From Hyaloraphidium curvatum SAG 235-1 (lineage: Eukaryota > Fungi > Monoblepharomycota), in contig JAIVFI010000005.1 of the NCBI GenBank assembly GCA_025558095.1, positions 744,001 through 808,000 on the forward strand: 64,000 bases of DNA, written 5' to 3'. The notes below the pieces were generated by a model. The model saw only the letters and a list, made by a program, of their open reading frames with translations. It searched no databases and was not told the DNA's origin. How positions within the stretch are numbered: the first letter of the stretch is position 1; every line of letters starts with the position of its first letter. A program made the translations under genes and the position numbers. Below, one piece after another: positions 63,972 to 64,000 of the stretch.

Positions 63972-64000
63972 GTCCAGGCAGCTCGAACAGCTGCGGCCCA

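Noticed and set aside
1-64000. Numerous long Arg/Pro/Gly/Ala-rich ORFs in the track (e.g. 8462-9598, 46876-47568, 58083-58815)
   Set aside because: These are shadow frames of real genes; high GC makes stop codons rare.
1-64000. Prokaryotic origin, CRISPR arrays, tRNA/rRNA genes, transposases
   Set aside because: Spliceosomal introns and eukaryote-specific genes occur throughout; I saw no spaced repeats, cloverleafs, rRNA motifs or transposase/RT motifs.

Overview
GC-rich, gene-dense eukaryotic genomic DNA with short (~50-70 nt) spliceosomal introns (CTGAC/CTAAC branch points). Gene content (bL17m, GPR89, PYM1, GDS1-like HTH, verprolin, AMT1-type 6mA methyltransferase, NELF-B) points to an early-diverging fungus, plausibly a monoblepharid chytrid such as Hyaloraphidium (inference). 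About 34 genes or pseudogenes are present, most in tight head-to-head pairs; most long ORFs in the supplied track are GC-rich shadow frames. Highlights: (1) 23.2-32.5 kb, a more A/T-rich, internally duplicated cluster of an NSF-like double-AAA ATPase with a C-terminal Zn finger, two paralogous proteins with a ubiquitin-like head, coiled coil and beta-helix fibre repeats, a ClyA/HBL-like helical protein with a central hydrophobic hairpin, and a decayed AAA copy, which is a candidate undescribed conflict or membrane-attack system; (2) 9.9-12.9 kb, a similar divergent pair of a GTPase and a hydrophobic-helix protein; (3) a 4-intron, membrane-anchored homolog of the bacterial tricopper thiocyanate dehydrogenase (TcDH) with its active-site residues largely intact; (4) four members of a gustatory-receptor/DUF3537-like 7TM family; (5) an intron-rich prokaryote-type dCTP deaminase, a NELF-B homolog and several bacterial-type genes. 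Family assignments come from motif recognition by eye; no searches were run, and some exon boundaries are approximate.
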